The position numbers and the translations under genes were made by a program. The notes under the pieces were generated by a model. It made no database searches. It saw nothing but the letters and a program-made list of their open reading frames with translations, and was not told the origin of the DNA. A stretch of DNA of 35,424 nt from UHGV virus genome UHGV-0155082; one strand, written 5' to 3'. Origin of the DNA: a virus. The first letter of the stretch is position 1. Every line of letters starts with the position of its first letter. Below are positions 9,522 to 18,160 of the stretch, piece after piece.

Positions 9522-10363
9522 TGGCAACATTACTTTTAGCAGTGATTTTGGTTAGTGGTTTTATTTATGTAAACCTATCACTTTCAACAAGATACCGATA
9601 TAAGCGTTCCAACGGCTGGGACGCTTATTTTTTTGTGGCTGCCTGGGGTATCGTTTTTTTTCTCCTTGGCGGTTTTTTCACCTTTATTTTGAACGTCAGC
9701 GGAGGGTTTCGTTGGCTGGCTAATGCCTTGAATCTAACACCTGACAGTTTTAATGGCATGTTGTCTTCATCGAAAGACAAACTTCAAAGAATAAATGAAA
9801 TCAAACAGATAGCATGGGTTATGATTTCAATTGTCCTCGCTGCGATTTCAGGTTTTGGAAATAAGTTACGCACATCACGTGGAGATCGTCGCTGGGATGC
9901 CTTAGCTAAAGCTGTGGGTAATAACGCTTTCGAATCATTACTCATGGAAGCGTCCGCAAGACAGTTTCCGATCATAGCAACTCTGTCGTCTCGCAAAATC
10001 TATGTTGGTCTTGTTACTTGTCCGGCGTTAGAAAACGGGCTTTCAGAGCACCTTGAACTTCTCCCGATGTTAAGCGGATATCGGGATAAAGATGATCTAA
10101 CGATTAGTATCACGACTAACTATCACCAACATTATCTTGATAGTGGTGTGATAAGTGGAATGTCTCGTCTTAATATCGAAGATTTCCGTGTGCTCATACC
10201 AAAAGATGAGGTTGAAACAATTTCGTTTTTTGATACTGAGACATATAACAAATTTAAAGAAAATGAAGCCAGGGATAGAAAGAGCTGTCGAAAGATTGGT
10301 AGTAAAAGTGCATCTTCGCGCAGCAAGCGTGCAGCAGATGCTGAGTCAAATGATCGTGCATGA
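9521..10363 (+). CDS. Hypothetical 280-aa integral membrane protein (three predicted TM helices plus a charged C-terminal domain)
   Basis: Hydrophobic segments LLLAVILVSGFIYVNLSL, AYFFVAAWGIVFFLLGGFFTFIL and IAWVMISIVLAAISGFG. Lysine/serine/arginine-rich C-terminal tail. Occupies the position of tin/old in P2. Followed by a terminator. Confidence 0.6.
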   Translation: MATLLLAVILVSGFIYVNLSLSTRYRYKRSNGWDAYFFVAAWGIVFFLLGGFFTFILNVSGGFRWLANALNLTPDSFNGMLSSSKDKLQRINEIKQIAWVMISIVLAAISGFGNKLRTSRGDRRWDALAKAVGNNAFESLLMEASARQFPIIATLSSRKIYVGLVTCPALENGLSEHLELLPMLSGYRDKDDLTISITTNYHQHYLDSGVISGMSRLNIEDFRVLIPKDEVETISFFDTETYNKFKENEARDRKSCRKIGSKSASSRSKRAADAESNDRA

Positions 10364-10410
10364 CTATGCTGCATGAGATCGCATGATCGTTTGAGGATCG
10401 TTTTTGCTAA

Positions 10411-10436
10411 GGCCCGCCAGAACTGGCGGGCTTTTG
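10411..10436 (+). terminator. Rho-independent terminator after the 71-aa/280-aa operon
   Basis: GC-rich hairpin gcccgccag / ctggcgggc followed by TTTT. Confidence 0.65.
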
Positions 10437-10480
10437 CGTAGATCATGCACCTGCATGAAAACTACTACATAAAGCGGGCA

Positions 10481-10499
10481 GGCGTGGCGGGGATACGAG
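10481..10499. other. Candidate cos (cohesive-end) region
   Basis: GC-rich ggcgtggcggggatacgag matches about 14 of 19 positions of the P2 cohesive end as I recall it (ggcgaggcggggaaagcac). Lies in non-coding DNA upstream of the portal/terminase cluster. Recalled from memory and not verified. Confidence 0.3.
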
Positions 10500-10588
10500 C
10501 GCGCGCTGATGGGGGACGCAGTGCTTTTGGCATAGTTATGAGGTAGAATTTCAAAATACTTTTTAGCGCTGTTGGAGGTATAGACAAA

Positions 10589-11134
10589 ATGGACGTTATA
10601 ACTGGAGTTGCAGAGTTTTTTCGAAAAGTACCTGCAGCATTTCTTGTGGCTATTACATGTGTTTTAGGTCTTATACTTTTTCTGCCAGACTCTTTGGCAG
10701 TAAAAGTGGCTGTTGATGGCTTTCGTAATGAGTATAGGATTTTTATTGGACCTGCATTTTTACTGTCTGTATCTTATTTAGTTGCAAGAGTCTATCTCTC
10801 TTTCTATGACTTACTTGGTGAAAGGCAGGCTAAGAAGGTACGCACTTCCTACCTTGAGAAGCTAACAGCAGAAGAAAAAGGATATTTAAAGTCTTATATT
10901 ACCGAAGGTGTTAATTCACTTATGTGTGGGCCTGAGGATGGGGTCATGGGGGGACTTGTGGCTAAGGGGATTACTTATAGAGCCACCAGTGTTGGGGATA
11001 TGATCTACGGTTTTGCTTTCAACTTACAGCCATGGGCGCGTGAACATTTAGAGAAAAATAGTCATTTATTAGATGGGGCTATTGGGCGTGCAATGACTCC
11101 AAGAGAAAAATTAAACTTTAGATTGGGACGCTAA
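10589..11134 (+). CDS. Hypothetical 181-aa membrane protein, possibly a superinfection-exclusion (SieB-like) protein
   Basis: ATG preceded by GGAGG. N-terminal TM helix AAFLVAITCVLGLILFLP and a second hydrophobic segment IFIGPAFLLSVSYLVARVYL. Lies between the cos-like element and the portal gene. SieB assignment is from weak recollection only. Confidence 0.45.
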   Translation: MDVITGVAEFFRKVPAAFLVAITCVLGLILFLPDSLAVKVAVDGFRNEYRIFIGPAFLLSVSYLVARVYLSFYDLLGERQAKKVRTSYLEKLTAEEKGYLKSYITEGVNSLMCGPEDGVMGGLVAKGITYRATSVGDMIYGFAFNLQPWAREHLEKNSHLLDGAIGRAMTPREKLNFRLGR

Positions 11135-11180
11135 CCAGTCACACATTACCAATGTGTGACTGGTGGTGGTTATTTCTTTT
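11135..11180. terminator. Perfect 13-bp inverted repeat (hairpin) with T-rich tail, probable terminator between convergent genes
   Basis: ccagtcacacatt-acc-aatgtgtgactgg (11135..11163) followed by tggtggttatttctttt. Sits between the stop of the 181-aa gene and the stop of Q. Confidence 0.55.
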
Positions 11181-12216
11181 ATTCAATGTCAAATTTATAT
11201 GGTTCAAAAGAAATAACCTTTTCCCCCAACCACTCATTTAGTTCTTCGAGTCTTTTTTGTAGCGGTATTAACTCATTACGGACAAAGACGCGGCTGGCTT
11301 TTTCCACATCACCAAAGCCGCCGGTATTGTTGGGAATAATGCCCATCATTTGCGGCGGCACACGATGCGCCGCCATCATGTCATCCCGGCTCACGTTCTT
11401 GATATTCAAAAACTCATCCTTCGCTGCGACCTCTGACAACGGGATAATCTGAAGGCCGTCTTTTTTGCCGTTGGGCGAGTACATAAACAGGTTTCGGAAG
11501 TTACCCGGACCTTTGGCGCTTTTCATTGCGTTGCGGAGGTTGTTCACATCCTCCTGGTTCTGCGCGGCATCGGTCATATACATGATGAAGCCTGCATGAC
11601 TGCCGTTAATGTAATACTTGCGGCGGAACAGCGTGGCGGACTCGTTGAGCAGGGCTGACGGAATGGCAGAAAGATAACCGGGCAGGCCGTAGATCTCCTG
11701 GTTAATGTCCGGTTCCATCAGATGAAAAATGCTGCCTTTCGTGAACTGATACGGCTGGGTTGTCATACCGTATTGCACAAACCAGTAGGTATCCAGGTCT
11801 AATCCGCGTCGGGTGTATTTTGCCAGCGCAGGTTCAAGGGCGATCACTTCACCGAAGCGGTTCGTGCGTTTCTCCAGGTAGGCGTTACCAAATACCAGAT
11901 AGTCCTGCACAAAACGTGAAAAAGCCTGCTGGCTGAGCAGCGGGTGAGGGATATAGGTGCTGGTCAGAATGTTGCACTTTACTGCAATCGGTGAGCTGTG
12001 GTGCACGGCGGCGCGGAATGTTCGCGCCAGTCCGTCAAAGCTGACGGGCGGCTCATACCAGCGGTCCATCTGTACGCATTCCACATAGTCCAGCAGTTCA
12101 CGGCGGTCCAGAACAGGAACGGGATCGCCAAAGCTGAATGCTTCGGCTGTAGTCTGGCTTTTATGCTTGAGCTGATTCGTCGCCGCAGCGCGGTTTTTCT
12201 TACTCTTTCCCATCAA
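11179..12216 (-). CDS. Q: Capsid portal protein (P2 gpQ-like)
   Basis: 345 aa. Adjacent to and co-oriented with the large terminase, divergent from the O-N-M-L operon, as in P2. Translation reads as a typical P2 portal protein. Confidence 0.85.
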   Translation of the reverse strand: MMGKSKKNRAAATNQLKHKSQTTAEAFSFGDPVPVLDRRELLDYVECVQMDRWYEPPVSFDGLARTFRAAVHHSSPIAVKCNILTSTYIPHPLLSQQAFSRFVQDYLVFGNAYLEKRTNRFGEVIALEPALAKYTRRGLDLDTYWFVQYGMTTQPYQFTKGSIFHLMEPDINQEIYGLPGYLSAIPSALLNESATLFRRKYYINGSHAGFIMYMTDAAQNQEDVNNLRNAMKSAKGPGNFRNLFMYSPNGKKDGLQIIPLSEVAAKDEFLNIKNVSRDDMMAAHRVPPQMMGIIPNNTGGFGDVEKASRVFVRNELIPLQKRLEELNEWLGEKVISFEPYKFDIE

Positions 12217-13979
12217 AAAATCTCCACAATATTGCTGGTATTGGCGGACTCGCCCTGCAGCGGTTCGTTAAACAGTGCGTGCATTGTTGCCCAGGCCAGA
12301 TCGGCGTGGCTGGCTTCTTCGCTGCGGCTGGCTTCATAGGTCGGGCGGTTGCCGCTGGCAGTGGTGGCGCGACGGATTGCCATAAAGGACTGCGCTATGT
12401 CGGTGTGCCCGGCGTCAAACTCCAGGCGGCGGTGGCTAATAATGTCGTAGGCCTTGAGTACCAGGGCGTTTTTAACGTTGGGGTTGTAGACAAACTCCCG
12501 GACGGCAGGAAAAAACGCTTTCACGTTCTCGTAAACCCCGTGACCGACGCCGGTTGAGTCGATACCGATGTATGTCACGTTGTACTGTTCGGTCAGTTTT
12601 TTGATGGCGTCAGCCTGGGCGCGGAAGTCCATCCCGCGCCACTGGTGACGCTCAAGAATGCGGAACTTACCGCCCGGCACGGCTGGCGGTGCCACCACCA
12701 CGCACCCGGCGCTGTCGCCGTTTTGCGTACCTTTTGCCGGGTCATAACCGATCCACACTTCGCGCCAGCCAAACGGGCGCAGGGCCAGTGCATGAAAGTC
12801 GGTCCAGACTTCCCAACTGTCCACCATGCACGCCTGCAGCTCGCTGAGCGGGAACACGGACGCGAGATCGTCCACAAACTCGCACATCAGCAGGTTCTGG
12901 TATTCGTCCGGGCTGTACTCCATGCGCAACTGATCGAGGTCGAAAAGGTTACATCCGCCGCGCACTGCATCTTCCACGGTGACTATCTGGCGGTATTGCC
13001 CGTCTGCGCACAGCAGGCCGGGGGCCAGATTGCTGTGGGACAGGTCGATGTCAACCTTATCGGCTTTGTTGCGCCCACGGTTGAACAGCGCACCGGACCA
13101 GAACGGATAAGCACTGTGTGTCAGGCTGGATGGCGTGGAAAAATAGGTTTGTCGCCATTTTTTGTGAATAGCCATACCGGAAGCCACTTTGCGCAGCTCC
13201 TGGAATTTCGGTATCCAGAAATATTCATCCAGATACAGGTTGCCGTGGTAACTCTGGGCCGTACGGGCATTGGTGCCGAGGAAGTAAAGCGTGGCTCCGT
13301 TAGGAAGCACCATCGGATCGCCTTTCAGCTCCACCTCGACTTCTTTGGCGAAGTCGATGATGTACTGCTTAAAGACGTGAGCCTGTGCCTTACTGGCAGA
13401 AAGGAAAATCTGGTTACGTCCGGTAAGCAGGGCGTCAATCAGGGCTTCACGGGCAAAGTAAAAGGTCGCGCCGATCTGGCGTGACTTCAGCAGGTTGCGG
13501 ATGCGGTTGGTTTTTCCGGCTTCCCACCAGTGGCGCTGGTAGTTGAACATGGAGGAATGGAAGATTTCTTCCAGCTTCTCAATCTGTTCATCGGTGAAAA
13601 CATTCTTTTCCGGCTGACGGCGCGGGCCTTTGTTACGGTTGGCGACGTTAGGGTTTAAGTCGGCTTCGTTGCCGCCATTGTTAAACTTGCCGATCCGCGC
13701 ATGGCGCTCCGACTGGCGCGCCAGCAGGTCAATCTCTTTGAAATCTTTCCCTTCTTTGTGCTCCTTCATAATGAGCTGGCAGTAGCGTGCGGCGGTGGTG
13801 AGCTGCATCTGATCCAGCGGCCCATAGTCACCCCACTTGTCGCGTTTTTTCCAGCTGTGAACGGTTGCAACTTTCTCGCCCAGCATTTCAGCAATGCGGG
13901 CTACGCGGTATCCCTGAAAGTACAGCAGCATGGCCTGCCGACGGGGATCGAGATCTGCGGGTGTCAGTGTGGTGTTCAT
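12213..13979 (-). CDS. P: Terminase large (ATPase) subunit (P2 gpP-like)
   Basis: 588 aa (P2 gpP is about 590). Stop overlaps the Q start. P2-type Q-P arrangement. Confidence 0.9.
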   Translation of the reverse strand: MNTTLTPADLDPRRQAMLLYFQGYRVARIAEMLGEKVATVHSWKKRDKWGDYGPLDQMQLTTAARYCQLIMKEHKEGKDFKEIDLLARQSERHARIGKFNNGGNEADLNPNVANRNKGPRRQPEKNVFTDEQIEKLEEIFHSSMFNYQRHWWEAGKTNRIRNLLKSRQIGATFYFAREALIDALLTGRNQIFLSASKAQAHVFKQYIIDFAKEVEVELKGDPMVLPNGATLYFLGTNARTAQSYHGNLYLDEYFWIPKFQELRKVASGMAIHKKWRQTYFSTPSSLTHSAYPFWSGALFNRGRNKADKVDIDLSHSNLAPGLLCADGQYRQIVTVEDAVRGGCNLFDLDQLRMEYSPDEYQNLLMCEFVDDLASVFPLSELQACMVDSWEVWTDFHALALRPFGWREVWIGYDPAKGTQNGDSAGCVVVAPPAVPGGKFRILERHQWRGMDFRAQADAIKKLTEQYNVTYIGIDSTGVGHGVYENVKAFFPAVREFVYNPNVKNALVLKAYDIISHRRLEFDAGHTDIAQSFMAIRRATTASGNRPTYEASRSEEASHADLAWATMHALFNEPLQGESANTSNIVEIF

Positions 13980-14024
13980 GGAACAAACCTACAGCCTTGA
14001 ATGAAGGCTTTCCCCGCCTGCGGT

Positions 14025-14042
14025 TTGTGTGGTTGTCGGTAC
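14025..14042. promoter_or_regulatory. Ogr/Delta-type activator site (TGT-N12-ACA) in the divergent P/O late promoter region
   Basis: TGTgtggttgtcggtACA, about 80-95 bp upstream of the O start. P2 late promoters carry TGT-N12-ACA centred near -55. Confidence 0.55.
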
Positions 14043-14121
14043 AAATACCGCGCATTGTTTCACTGCCCCCATCACCGCAACCATAAGGCTCCAGTAAGTT
14101 TTTTCTAACGGAGCACGGCTC

Positions 14122-14955
14122 ATGACAGTGAAAGCAAAGCGTTTTCGCATCGGGGTGGAAGGTGCCACCACCGACGGACGCGAAATCCAGCGTGAATGGC
14201 TGGAACAGATGGCAGCCAGCTACAACCCGGCGGTGTATACCGCGCTGATTAACCTTGAGCACATCAAGTCTTATCTGCCGGAAAGCACCTTTAACCGCTA
14301 CGGCAAGGTGACGGCGCTGTTTGCTGAAGAAATCACGGAAGGTCCGCTGGCAGGCAAGATGGCGCTGTATGCCGACGTTGAGCCAACGGAGTCCCTGGTG
14401 GAACTGGTGAAAAAAGGCCAGAAATTATTCACCTCTATGGAAGTCAGCCCGAAGTTCGCTGATACGGGCAAAGCCTACCTGGTCGGCCTGGCTGCCACTG
14501 ATGACCCTGCCAGTCTGGGTACGGAAATGCTGACATTCAGCGCCAGTGCAGCCCATAACCCGCTGGCAAACCGCAAGCAGAATCCTGCCAATCTCTTTAC
14601 CGCTGCAGAGGAAACGGTGATCGAACTGGAAGAACTCCAGGATGACAAACCGTCCCTGTTTGCCCGTGTCACGGCGCTGTTTACCAAAAAAGAGCAGTCC
14701 GACGATGCCCGGTTCTCTGATGTGCATAAGGCCGTGGAGCTGGTCGCCACTGAGCAGCAAAACCTGAGCGTGCGCACCGAAAAATCCCTGTCTGAGCAGG
14801 AAGAACGCCTGTCTGAGCTGGAGACTGCTCTGCAGGAGCAGCAAACCGCCTTTAACGAACTGGTGAATAAGCTGAGTCAAGAAGACAGCCGCCAGGACTA
14901 CCGCCAGCGTGCAACAGGCGGTAACGCCCCCGCTGACACTCTGACCAATTGCTGA
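14122..14955 (+). CDS. O: Capsid scaffolding protein (P2 gpO-like)
   Basis: 277 aa (P2 gpO is 284). First gene of the rightward late operon, followed by the major capsid gene. Confidence 0.85.
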   Translation: MTVKAKRFRIGVEGATTDGREIQREWLEQMAASYNPAVYTALINLEHIKSYLPESTFNRYGKVTALFAEEITEGPLAGKMALYADVEPTESLVELVKKGQKLFTSMEVSPKFADTGKAYLVGLAATDDPASLGTEMLTFSASAAHNPLANRKQNPANLFTAAEETVIELEELQDDKPSLFARVTALFTKKEQSDDARFSDVHKAVELVATEQQNLSVRTEKSLSEQEERLSELETALQEQQTAFNELVNKLSQEDSRQDYRQRATGGNAPADTLTNC

Positions 14956-14971
14956 TGGAGCACAAAACCTG

Positions 14972-16030
14972 ATGAAGAAGAATACCCGCTTTGCTTTTAA
15001 CGCTTACCTGCAGCAGCTGGCGCGTCTGAACGGTGTGGCAGTTGAAGAGCTGTCCAGCAAGTTCACCGTGGAGCCGTCCGTGCAGCAGACGCTGGAAGAC
15101 CAGATCCAGCAGTCCGCCGCTTTCCTGACGCTGATTAATGTCACCCCGGTGACTGAACAGTCCGGTCAACTGCTGGGGCTGGGTGTTGGTAGTACCATTG
15201 CCGGAACCACTGATACCACCGCAAAAGAGCGTGAGCCTGTCGATCCGACGCTGATGGTCGATGTGGAATATAAATGCGAGCAGACCAACTTTGACACGGT
15301 GCTGACCTACGCGAAGCTGGACCTGTGGGCGAAATTTCAGGATTTCCAGGTGCGTATCCGTGACGCCATCGTGAAACGTCAGGCACTGGACCGCATCATG
15401 ATCGGCTTTAACGGTGTGAAGCGTGCGAAAACCTCCAACCGTAGTGAAAACCCGCTGCTGCAGGATGTGAACAAAGGCTGGCTGCAGAAAATCCGTGAAG
15501 ATGCACCGGATCACGTCATGGGTAGCACCACCACGGGCGGTGAAACCACACCGGGTGCGGTGAAAGTCGGGAAAGGTGGCGAATATGCCAACCTGGACGC
15601 CGTGGTGATGGATGCCGTCAATGAGCTTATCGACGTGGTCTACCAGGACGATGACGATCTGGTGGTGATTTGCGGTCGTGAACTGCTGTCTGACAAGTAT
15701 TTCCCGCTGGTCAACAAAGAGCAGGAAAACAGTGAAAAACTGGCTGCCGATATGATCATCAGTCAGAAACGCATGGGTGGCCTGCAGGCCGTGCGTGCGC
15801 CGTTCTTCCCGCCGAATGCACTGCTGATCACCCGTCTGGATAACCTGTCCATCTACTGGCAGGAAGACACCCGCCGCCGCTCAGTTATCGACAACCCGAA
15901 ACGTGACCGGATTGAAAACTTTGAATCCGTTAACGAAGCCTATGTGGTTGAGGACTACCGCTGCGCCGCACTGGTGGAAAACATCCAGATTGGCGACTTC
16001 AGCGCCGCAGCAGCAGAAACCGGAGCGTAA
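14972..16030 (+). CDS. N: Major capsid protein (P2 gpN-like)
   Basis: 352 aa (P2 gpN is 357). Position between scaffold and small terminase. Confidence 0.9.
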   Translation: MKKNTRFAFNAYLQQLARLNGVAVEELSSKFTVEPSVQQTLEDQIQQSAAFLTLINVTPVTEQSGQLLGLGVGSTIAGTTDTTAKEREPVDPTLMVDVEYKCEQTNFDTVLTYAKLDLWAKFQDFQVRIRDAIVKRQALDRIMIGFNGVKRAKTSNRSENPLLQDVNKGWLQKIREDAPDHVMGSTTTGGETTPGAVKVGKGGEYANLDAVVMDAVNELIDVVYQDDDDLVVICGRELLSDKYFPLVNKEQENSEKLAADMIISQKRMGGLQAVRAPFFPPNALLITRLDNLSIYWQEDTRRRSVIDNPKRDRIENFESVNEAYVVEDYRCAALVENIQIGDFSAAAAETGA

Positions 16031-16033
16031 TTC

Positions 16034-16684
16034 ATGAGCCTGAGTCCCGCACGGCAGCATCGCCTGCGCGTTCAGGCTGAACAGGCCGCCCGCGAGGGCG
16101 GCAGTGTTCGCCACGCGTCGGGCTATGACCTGATGCTGCTGCAACTGGCGGAAGACCGCCGCCGTCTCAAGGGCGTTCAGTCCACGGTCAAAAAAGCGGA
16201 AATCAAGGTGGAGCTGCTGCCGAAGTACGCCGCCTGGGCAGAGGGTGTCCTGGCTGCCGGAGGCGCTCAACAGGATGACGTGCTGATGTACGTGATGCTG
16301 TGGCGCATTGATGCCGGAGATTATGCCGGGGCGCTGGAGATCGGGCGTCATGCCCTGCGTCATGGCTGGGTGATGCCGCTGGGTAATCGCAATGTGCAGA
16401 CCGTGCTGGCAGAGGAAATGGCAGACGCTGCGCAGAGCGCAATGCTTGCCGCCACCGGCTTTGATGTCGATCTGTTGCTGCAGACGCTGGAGCTGACAGA
16501 CGGTCTGGATATGCCGGACCAGTCACGGGCGCGTCTGCATAAAGCGATTGGCGCTGTCCTGAGTGAAAGCAATCCGGCTTCCGCCCTTAATCATCTCAAC
16601 CATGCGTTACAGCTCGATCCCCGCTGTGGCGTGAAAAAAGACAAACAGCAGCTGGAGCGCAGACTGCGCAATGACAGCCGCTGA
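16034..16684 (+). CDS. M: Terminase small/endonuclease subunit (P2 gpM-like)
   Basis: 216 aa, directly downstream of N. Synteny plus arginine-rich N-terminus. Confidence 0.8.
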   Translation: MSLSPARQHRLRVQAEQAAREGGSVRHASGYDLMLLQLAEDRRRLKGVQSTVKKAEIKVELLPKYAAWAEGVLAAGGAQQDDVLMYVMLWRIDAGDYAGALEIGRHALRHGWVMPLGNRNVQTVLAEEMADAAQSAMLAATGFDVDLLLQTLELTDGLDMPDQSRARLHKAIGAVLSESNPASALNHLNHALQLDPRCGVKKDKQQLERRLRNDSR

Positions 16685-16779
16685 CAGAACGTGCCCCCGC
16701 GCACGGGCGGCACGGGGTGGCGAAAGGCGCTGCCACATCAAAACCCCGTCCACCGCCCTCTATTTCAGGAGAAAGCAGC

Positions 16780-17244
16780 ATGAAGTTTGTTGCGCCAGAA
16801 CAGGCACCGGAACAGGCGGAAATCATCAGAAATACGCCGTTCTGGCCTGATGTGGACCTGTCGGAGTTTCGCAGTGTCATGCGCACTGACGGCACGGTGA
16901 CGCAGCCGCGTTTAAAGCAGGTTGCGCTGTCGGCAATTTCGGAGGTTAACGCAGAGCTGTATGAGTTTCGCAGACGCCAGCAGATGCTGGGATATGCGTC
17001 GCTGGCTGAGGTTCCGGCGGAACAGCTGGATGGGAAAAGTGAGCGCATTCATCACTATTTCAACGCGGTTTACTGCTGGGCACGCGCCATGCTCAACGAA
17101 CGTTACCAGGACTATGACGCCACGGCATCCGGTGCGAAGCGAGGCGAGGAACTGGCGGAAGCCAGCGGTGATTTATGGCGTGACGCCCGCTGGGCCATCA
17201 GCCGGGTACAGGATGCGCCGCACTGCACAGTGGAGCTTATCTGA
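16780..17244 (+). CDS. L: Head completion/stabilisation protein (P2 gpL-like)
   Basis: ATG at 16780 preceded by CAGGAGAAAG; the six-frame ORF begins earlier at 16717. About 154 aa. Position after M. Confidence 0.75.
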   Translation: MKFVAPEQAPEQAEIIRNTPFWPDVDLSEFRSVMRTDGTVTQPRLKQVALSAISEVNAELYEFRRRQQMLGYASLAEVPAEQLDGKSERIHHYFNAVYCWARAMLNERYQDYDATASGAKRGEELAEASGDLWRDARWAISRVQDAPHCTVELI

Positions 17245-17447
17245 TGAAAGTGCGTGCGCATCAGTATGACACGGTGGACGCGCTTTGCTGGCGTCATTAC
17301 GGGCGCACGCAGGGTGTCACGGAGCAGGTACTGAAGGCAAATCCGGGGCTTGCCGAACACGGCCCCTTTTTACCTCACGGGCTGCAGGTGGAGCTGCCGG
17401 ACATTCCGATCACCACCACCGTGCAGACCGTCCAGCTATGGGACTGA
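17244..17447 (+). CDS. X: Tail protein X (P2 gpX-like)
   Basis: 67 aa, the same length as P2 gpX. MKVRAHQYDTVDALCWRHYGRTQGVTEQVLKANPGLA is characteristic of the family. Start overlaps the L stop. Confidence 0.8.
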   Translation: MKVRAHQYDTVDALCWRHYGRTQGVTEQVLKANPGLAEHGPFLPHGLQVELPDIPITTTVQTVQLWD

Positions 17448-17450
17448 ATT

Positions 17451-17666
17451 ATGACGCTTGAGCGAATCAGCGCCTTTATCACGTATTGCATCGCCGTCGT
17501 GCTGGCCTGGCTGGGCGATTTGTCCATCAAGGATGCCTCAACGCTGGGCGGCCTGATGATTGGTGTACTGATGCTGGCTATCAACTGGTACTACAAACAC
17601 AAAGCCTACCAGCTTCTGCGCGACGGGCAGATCTCGCGGGAGGACTATGAATCCATCAATCGTTAA
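17451..17666 (+). CDS. Holin (small membrane protein, first gene of the lysis cassette)
   Basis: 71 aa with two hydrophobic segments (ISAFITYCIAVVLAWLG, LGGLMIGVLMLAINWYY) and a charged C-terminus. Immediately upstream of, and overlapping, the endolysin gene. Confidence 0.6.
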   Translation: MTLERISAFITYCIAVVLAWLGDLSIKDASTLGGLMIGVLMLAINWYYKHKAYQLLRDGQISREDYESINR

Positions 17667-18159
17667 ACGCTGCCTTGTCGGGACCGTGCTGGCTATTGCT
17701 GCCACGCTGCCGGGTTTTCAGCAGCTTCACACCTCCGTGGAGGGGCTGAAACTGATTGCCGATTACGAAGGCTGTCGTCTGCAGCCGTATCAGTGCAGCG
17801 CGGGTGTCTGGACCGACGGCATTGGTAATACATCGGGCGTCATTCCCGGCAAAACAATCACGGAACGACAGGCAGCAGAAGGGCTGATTTCCAACGTGCT
17901 GCGTGTGGAGCGGGCGCTGGAAAGGTGTGTGAAGCAACAGCCGCCGCAGAAGGTATACGACGCTACGGTGTCGTTTGCCTTCAACGTGGGAACGGGCAAT
18001 GCCTGCAGTTCCACACTGGTGAAATTGCTCAATCAGCGGCGCTGGGCGGATGCGTGCCGACAGTTGCCGCGCTGGGTGTATGTAAAAGGTGTGTTTAATC
18101 AGGGGCTGGATACCCGCCGAGCGCGGGAGATGGCCTGGTGCTTACAGGGAGCAAACTGA
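17647..18159 (+). CDS. Endolysin, lysozyme-like (glycoside hydrolase 24 type), possibly with a signal-anchor-release (SAR) N-terminus
   Basis: 170 aa. GLKLIADYEGCRLQPYQCSAGVWTDGIGNT matches the E-x8-D-x5-T catalytic triad of T4/P22-type lysozymes. N-terminal hydrophobic stretch LVGTVLAIAATLPGF. RBS GGGAGGA. Confidence 0.8.
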   Translation: MNPSIVKRCLVGTVLAIAATLPGFQQLHTSVEGLKLIADYEGCRLQPYQCSAGVWTDGIGNTSGVIPGKTITERQAAEGLISNVLRVERALERCVKQQPPQKVYDATVSFAFNVGTGNACSSTLVKLLNQRRWADACRQLPRWVYVKGVFNQGLDTRRAREMAWCLQGAN

Positions 18160-18160
18160 A

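Noticed and set aside
12645-13484. 279-aa plus-strand ORF antisense to terminase P
   Set aside because: Entirely embedded opposite the large terminase gene. His/Ala/Val-rich low-complexity translation. Artefact of GC-rich coding DNA.
14852-15514. 220-aa minus-strand ORF overlapping the O/N capsid genes
   Set aside because: Antisense to two well-supported late genes in GC-rich DNA. No RBS or start context. Typical spurious ORF.
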